DNA from: Desulfomonilia bacterium
GTDB lineage: Bacteria; Desulfobacterota; Desulfomonilia; UBA1062
Direction of reading: 5' to 3'
NCBI GenBank assembly: GCA_963664325.2
Contig: CAXXDQ010000006.1
Span: 64,001-128,000, forward strand
DNA length: 64,000 bases
The translations under genes were made by a program, and so were the position numbers. Positions within the stretch are counted from its first letter, which is position 1, and each line of letters starts with the position of its first letter. The notes beneath the pieces are model-generated. The model was not told the origin of the DNA, made no database searches, and was given only the letters and a program-made list of their open reading frames with translations. Of this stretch, positions 59,543 through 64,000 are shown piece by piece.

Positions 59543-60115
59543 ATGGAAAGCCGGGTTGATTCTATATTCAAAGAGGCATTGGAGCTTCATTCGAAACTGA
59601 CTGAACTTGCCCCGGTTATAGCCGAGACAGCCGGTGTAATGACAGACTGCATAAAGAGAGGCGGAAAAATAATGTTCGCCGGAAACGGCGGTTCAGCAGC
59701 CGATTCCCAGCACCTGGCCGCCGAGCTTGTCGGCAGGTTCATGAAGGACAGAAGACCTCTTGCAGGAATTGCGCTTACAACGGATACGTCAATTATTACG
59801 GCAGTGGCCAACGATTATTCTTTTGACGAAATATTCTCCAGGCAGGTTCTCGGGCTTGGAAGGAAGGGTGATGTGTTCTTCGGCATATCGACGAGCGGCA
59901 ATTCTCCAAACATACTTAAAGCGATAGAATCAGCAAAATCCGGCGGAATCATAACAATCGGCCTTACAGGCAACGGCGGCGGGAAAATGGCTCAGATAGT
60001 GGATTACCTTATTGATGTGCCCTATAAGGGCAAATCCGCAAGGATTCAGGAGGTCCATATCCTTATCGGGCATATTCTCTGTGAACTTATCGAAGATGCT
60101 GTATTATCGGTTTGA
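59543..60115 (+). CDS. gmhA: D-sedoheptulose 7-phosphate isomerase
   Basis: GNGGSAADSQH.AAE.VGRF, LTTD, AND, ISTSGNS, RIQE.H. Confidence 0.95.
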   Translation: MESRVDSIFKEALELHSKLTELAPVIAETAGVMTDCIKRGGKIMFAGNGGSAADSQHLAAELVGRFMKDRRPLAGIALTTDTSIITAVANDYSFDEIFSRQVLGLGRKGDVFFGISTSGNSPNILKAIESAKSGGIITIGLTGNGGGKMAQIVDYLIDVPYKGKSARIQEVHILIGHILCELIEDAVLSV

Positions 60116-60158
60116 CTTTTATTATACCTGGCACTAATGAAGCATAAGCAGCGAACCC

Positions 60159-60513
60159 GGGGGCGCTATGGGCTCGACGGGGGTAGTTGAGGTTCAGGGA
60201 GCATGCCGAGGTCTGTCGCCTCGTTAAACAGGCAGGCGCACATAAGTGCAGACGATTACAACTACGCAATGGCTGCCTAGTAACCAGCCACGTCTTGCAT
60301 AACCCTGCCTGCCGGGTTATGTCGGGCGTCAAATAAGGACAGGCAACCCTTTAATGTTTCGCCTCAGGGCTTTAAAGGGTAATTACTGAGGCTGGGAAGA
60401 AGCGGGCCTGCCTGCGGGCGCAAAGCTTCCGAGATTTAAAACACAGGACAAGCATGTAGCCGCTCTGTGCCGAAGACCTTCGGACGGGGGTTCGATTCCC
60501 CCCGCCTCCACCA
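60159..60513 (+). ncRNA. ssrA: tmRNA; tag (A)ADDYNYAMAA at 60248-60280
   Basis: 5' GGGGGCG..TCGAC; 3' GGGGGTTCGATTCCCCCCGCCTCCACCA; internal tag ORF ending AA-stop. Confidence 0.96.
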
Positions 60514-60798
60514 GTAACTAAATGATAATAAAAGGTAAAAATAAATTATTGCACTTAAAAACATATATAAAACTTTTGTAGTAGGTATTGTGGAAATCTG
60601 TACCGAAAATTTCTGTTCTGCTGATAAATGTCTCCGATTGCAATATTCGCATCACGGAACCTGTGGATTGCTTCAAACAATTTAAAATTTCATAATACAT
60701 CATTCAGAATCTTGACTAAAACTTTCCCTCGGGTATATTGGAATATAATAAAGTTTAGCTTTGTTGTTAGATGCTACTTAAATAAATGAGGGGGAATC

Positions 60799-62157
60799 AT
60801 GAAAAAATTTGTCGTATTTTTGTTTATCACTATGCTTACAGCTATGTTGAGCGGTTGCGTCATATCAAAAACGCCTAACACCAATGACGTCAGCTTGCCG
60901 TCGGGCGAGCAGATGACATTCAGCGTAACCGTTCTCCCGATCCCTGCAACCTATGCCTGGACTCTGGACGGGGCGCCTCTAACGGGTACGGAAAAATCGT
61001 ATGAGTACATTGCCATGGGAGGGGAACATATTCTTGAAGTGCAGGCAACGCATGCCCTCGGTACGGATACACAGACCTGGAATATCTACGGAAACAGCCA
61101 CCCGGTTGCCAATGCCGGAGCCGATCAATCGGCAGATGTTGGTGCAATGATTATCCTGGACGGTTCCGGCTCGACCGATTCCGACAACGACATCGTCTCC
61201 TACCAGTGGCTGCAAACCGGCGGGCCGACAGTGACGTTGATTAATGCCGATGCTGCCGTTGCGCAATTCTCGGCCGCTGTTGCTGAAGAATCAGTGCTCA
61301 CTTTCGAACTGACGGTTAGGGATGCGGTCGGGTTGACAAGCACGGACACCTGTGTGGTAACAGTTTCCAAATCCAATGATCTCATTTTCGGTATGTACTG
61401 GGATGGCGCTCAGGAACACTTTATATCAATAGATATCGAAAATGAAGAAATAAACGATATTTCCACAATTCCCGGATTTACAAACCTGTTTGGAAACAGC
61501 GCATTTGATTCGACAAACAGCTACTATATTGCAAGTTCGAATCTTGGAATAACCTTTATTGATTCCCTAAATGGGAGCCTCATCAAAACAATTCCCGATA
61601 ATCATGGGATTGTGGGTCTTACATATGATAAAACCAGCATGAAATTGTTCGGCATATACTGGAGCGGCACGCAGGAACACTTTGTTTCAATAGATATCGA
61701 AAATGAAGAAGTGAACGATATTTCAACAATCCCCGGTTTCACAAACCGGTTTGGAAACAGTACGTTTGATCCGGAAAACGGCTACTATATTACAAGTTCG
61801 AATCTTGGAATAACCGTTATTGATTCTCAAGATGGGAGCCTTGTCAAAGCGATTTCCGACGATCATTTAATTGGTGGACTTGCATATGATACAACGAGCA
61901 AGAAGTTGTTCGGTATGTACTGGAACGGCACTCAGGAACACTTTGTATCAATAGATATCGACAATGAAGAAATAAATGATGTTTCCATAATTACCGGTTT
62001 TACAGGCTGGTCCAGAGATAGTGCATTTGATTCGACAAACGGCTACTATATTACACAATCGAATCTTGGAATAACCGTTATTGATTCACAAAATGGAAGC
62101 CTTGTTAAAACAATTCCCGATACTTTTTGGATTGGTGGGCTTGTAGCAGGTTATTAA
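60799..62157 (+). CDS. Lipoprotein with Ig/PKD domains and C-terminal repeat beta-propeller
   Basis: Lipobox LSGC; PVANAGADQ..LDGSGS.D.D..SYQW.Q..GP; three 87-aa repeats. Confidence 0.82.
   Translation: MKKFVVFLFITMLTAMLSGCVISKTPNTNDVSLPSGEQMTFSVTVLPIPATYAWTLDGAPLTGTEKSYEYIAMGGEHILEVQATHALGTDTQTWNIYGNSHPVANAGADQSADVGAMIILDGSGSTDSDNDIVSYQWLQTGGPTVTLINADAAVAQFSAAVAEESVLTFELTVRDAVGLTSTDTCVVTVSKSNDLIFGMYWDGAQEHFISIDIENEEINDISTIPGFTNLFGNSAFDSTNSYYIASSNLGITFIDSLNGSLIKTIPDNHGIVGLTYDKTSMKLFGIYWSGTQEHFVSIDIENEEVNDISTIPGFTNRFGNSTFDPENGYYITSSNLGITVIDSQDGSLVKAISDDHLIGGLAYDTTSKKLFGMYWNGTQEHFVSIDIDNEEINDVSIITGFTGWSRDSAFDSTNGYYITQSNLGITVIDSQNGSLVKTIPDTFWIGGLVAGY
61387..62150 (+). repeat. Three tandem 261-bp intragenic repeats
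   Basis: TTCGG.AT.TACTGG at 61387, 61648 and 61909; high nucleotide similarity throughout. Confidence 0.9.
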
Positions 62158-62194
62158 GTAAATACGAGGGGGATACCAACGTTGTTTAAGCACC

Positions 62195-62238
62195 GGGTGC
62201 CACGAGGCAAACTGAAAAGCTTGCCAGTGTGGCCTCCC
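62195..62238. repeat. REP-like hairpin between convergent genes
   Basis: GGGTGCCAC.GGCAA ... TTGCC.GTGGC stem. Confidence 0.45.
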
Positions 62239-62341
62239 TCCCCTCAAGCAGTTTTCTCAATTCCCTTACCTTGAACTTTGGTCAGTATTAAAAAGGCCTT
62301 ATTAAGGCATTGGCTGATATCCGGATTAGTCCTCAACAAAA

Positions 62342-62953
62342 TTAATTCTTCAGCGCCTTTTCAAGCTCTTCCATCTTTGCACCGACAATTTTCTGGCCGG
62401 ATTCCATAAAGAAGGTGGGGAGGTTGTGTATTTCCATTATACTGCTCAATTCCATCGATTTATCAACGATCATTGCAGCCTTTGCGCATTCGGAATCTGG
62501 TTTCAACCCCTCTGTTTTCCAATGTGTATTATTATAGGCATCAAGGTCCAGGTGTTTACACACGGCCTGTATAGCGTGCTGCCTGGGCAATTCGTTGAAT
62601 CCGCAGAACAATATCTTTAGTTCAGCATGGTATTCATCAAGAAGGGGTTTTATCTCCCTGGCCGCTTGGATGCAGTGCGAACATTCAGTGCTTGAAAACA
62701 TGTAGACCGTGTGTCTGATGCTCCCCCTGGGTTTATAGGTGATTCCCGCTGAAACATCGAGCGAGTGTCTCAATTCCAGAAATAATTCTTCAGGGGTCTT
62801 CTTGTCATTTATGTTTCCATCCCGGTTTGAGTCCGGCATGTCGGGTCTGTCAGCCAGAACTGAAACAGGAAACATGAAAAGAGACATTGAAAACGATATT
62901 GCAAGGACGACAAATTTCAAGGTTTTCATGATATCAGTATTCATCCGTTTCAT
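62342..62953 (-). CDS. DsbC/DsbG-like thioredoxin-fold protein
   Basis: Signal peptide, CSHC, LPTFF..G.KIVGA. Confidence 0.75.
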   Translation of the reverse strand: MKRMNTDIMKTLKFVVLAISFSMSLFMFPVSVLADRPDMPDSNRDGNINDKKTPEELFLELRHSLDVSAGITYKPRGSIRHTVYMFSSTECSHCIQAAREIKPLLDEYHAELKILFCGFNELPRQHAIQAVCKHLDLDAYNNTHWKTEGLKPDSECAKAAMIVDKSMELSSIMEIHNLPTFFMESGQKIVGAKMEELEKALKN

Positions 62954-62970
62954 TTTTTATCGCTGAAAGA

Positions 62971-63684
62971 TTACGGCTTTTTATTATCCCTGATCACTTC
63001 TGCGGTAACCGGGATGAGTTTCTGGGGCATCTGCTTTAAATCTGTCCTGATGAATATTGAACCTTCGATTACTCCCGGCTCTTTTCCTGAAATCAGGGTC
63101 AGAAGGAGCGTCTTTTTCTCCCCGGGTTTTATCACCATCTTCTCCTGAGGAGACAATATCAGATGTTCGGCCGGTGTTACTTCGATTTCCGATATGCTAA
63201 CAGGTTCCTTGCCTGAATTGTTGATGGTGATTATCTGCTGATATTTTGATCCCGGTTTTATCTGGCCCAGGCTTATATATTCGGGTTTTATTGACAGTAC
63301 TTCCTGGATACAGGCCTCGACAATAAATGTTACATTCTTTTTATCAGGATCGTTTGTCAGAACCTCGATTTCTTTTTTAAAGTTTCCCCTCATATTGTAA
63401 GTAGGAATCCTCACATGTATTTTATCGCTCTTGCCCGGCTCTATTGACCCTATCGGAGCTGTGACCTTGAAACCGTTGCAACTGTCACAGGACTTAAGCT
63501 TCAGTGTAAGCGGTTCATTGCCGGAGTTTACAATTGTGAAATCATATTCGATTGCCTTACCCTGCATTACATTTCCTGCTGAATAAGAGTATCCATCGAC
63601 TGTTATCTTTGCTGCGCCAAATGCCGTATTACCGACCAATCCGGAAAGCAGCATTATAATAATGACCAGAGTACTCCTGTTCAT
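62971..63684 (-). CDS. DUF1573 (tandem Ig-like) exported protein
   Basis: F.I.NSGNEPL, C..C, IEPGK, TNDP; GGAGG RBS before MNRST. Confidence 0.78.
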   Translation of the reverse strand: MNRSTLVIIIMLLSGLVGNTAFGAAKITVDGYSYSAGNVMQGKAIEYDFTIVNSGNEPLTLKLKSCDSCNGFKVTAPIGSIEPGKSDKIHVRIPTYNMRGNFKKEIEVLTNDPDKKNVTFIVEACIQEVLSIKPEYISLGQIKPGSKYQQIITINNSGKEPVSISEIEVTPAEHLILSPQEKMVIKPGEKKTLLLTLISGKEPGVIEGSIFIRTDLKQMPQKLIPVTAEVIRDNKKP

Positions 63685-63776
63685 ATAACACCTCCATATT
63701 CCTTGATACAATTCATAACCGGAATCCGCATAATGTTTTTGATCAACGGTTGCACCGTTATAAAGATTATCTGTAA

Positions 63777-63953
63777 CTATTCCTTCACCACAAGCATGTG
63801 AATGGCCTTGATGGCGAGTTCAACCATATCACCATTTTTTAAACCGGGTGTATCAACCATGGCCGTTACATTGAATTTGACAAGCGACGTGATATCGCCC
63901 TTTTTGACTGATTTCACATGTGCGGATATTTTATTTATTGCACCATATCTCAT
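63777..63953 (-). CDS. Mop/TOBE molybdate-binding protein, internally shortened (58 aa; not in ORF track)
   Basis: GAGGAG RBS; MRYGAINKISAHVKSVKKGDITSLVKFNV..GLKNGDMVELAIKAIHMLVVKE. Confidence 0.65.
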   Translation of the reverse strand: MRYGAINKISAHVKSVKKGDITSLVKFNVTAMVDTPGLKNGDMVELAIKAIHMLVVKE

Positions 63954-64000
63954 AATGTCTCCTCATCATCAGCTTTATCCGTACTGTTTTTTTGGTTCTG

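Noticed and set aside
60514-60798. Integrative element at tmRNA, or cassette start at GTTAGAT (60766)
   Set aside because: No integrase, no duplicated ssrA 3' end in the window and no complementary attC end after the gene; only AT-richness supports it
61387-62150. CRISPR array or DGR template/variable repeat
   Set aside because: Repeats are in-frame 261-bp coding units with no spacers; no cas or reverse transcriptase genes are present

Overview
Bacterial chromosomal segment, most likely a deltaproteobacterium (Desulfobacterota/Syntrophales-like). This is inferred from the tmRNA tag ADDYNYAMAA, the IspH-UbiA fusion and a CFI-box C-terminus. The left ~23.6 kb is housekeeping backbone: PAS histidine kinase, era, der, a fadD operon, ispH-tlyA-dxs-ispA, accC, folE2/queD, phoH/ybeY and five tRNAs. 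Several single-base indels there are probably assembly errors. After tRNA-Lys comes a ~20 kb accessory region, the main point of interest. It carries a Thermotoga-type inosose catabolic set (iolN, Zn-dehydrogenase, iolO, a second TIM-barrel epimerase, Gfo/Idh/MocA, GPH transporter). It also carries a non-pyrrolysine MttB methyltransferase + corrinoid protein + second GPH sugar transporter operon, an amidohydrolase-PMI-cupin operon and a GH4 glycosidase. Together these suggest an undescribed corrinoid-dependent demethylation and catabolism route for a methylated cyclitol or glycoside; this is inference, not shown. Inside the region are a decayed integron (intI remnant, attI-like site, one cassette, a repeat-flanked FkbM gene) and three ERIC-like palindromic elements. 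The right part is backbone again (galE, gltX, aconitase, accD-folC-lptD, gmhA, tmRNA), followed by accessory exported proteins. All calls come from motif recognition by eye; no searches were run.
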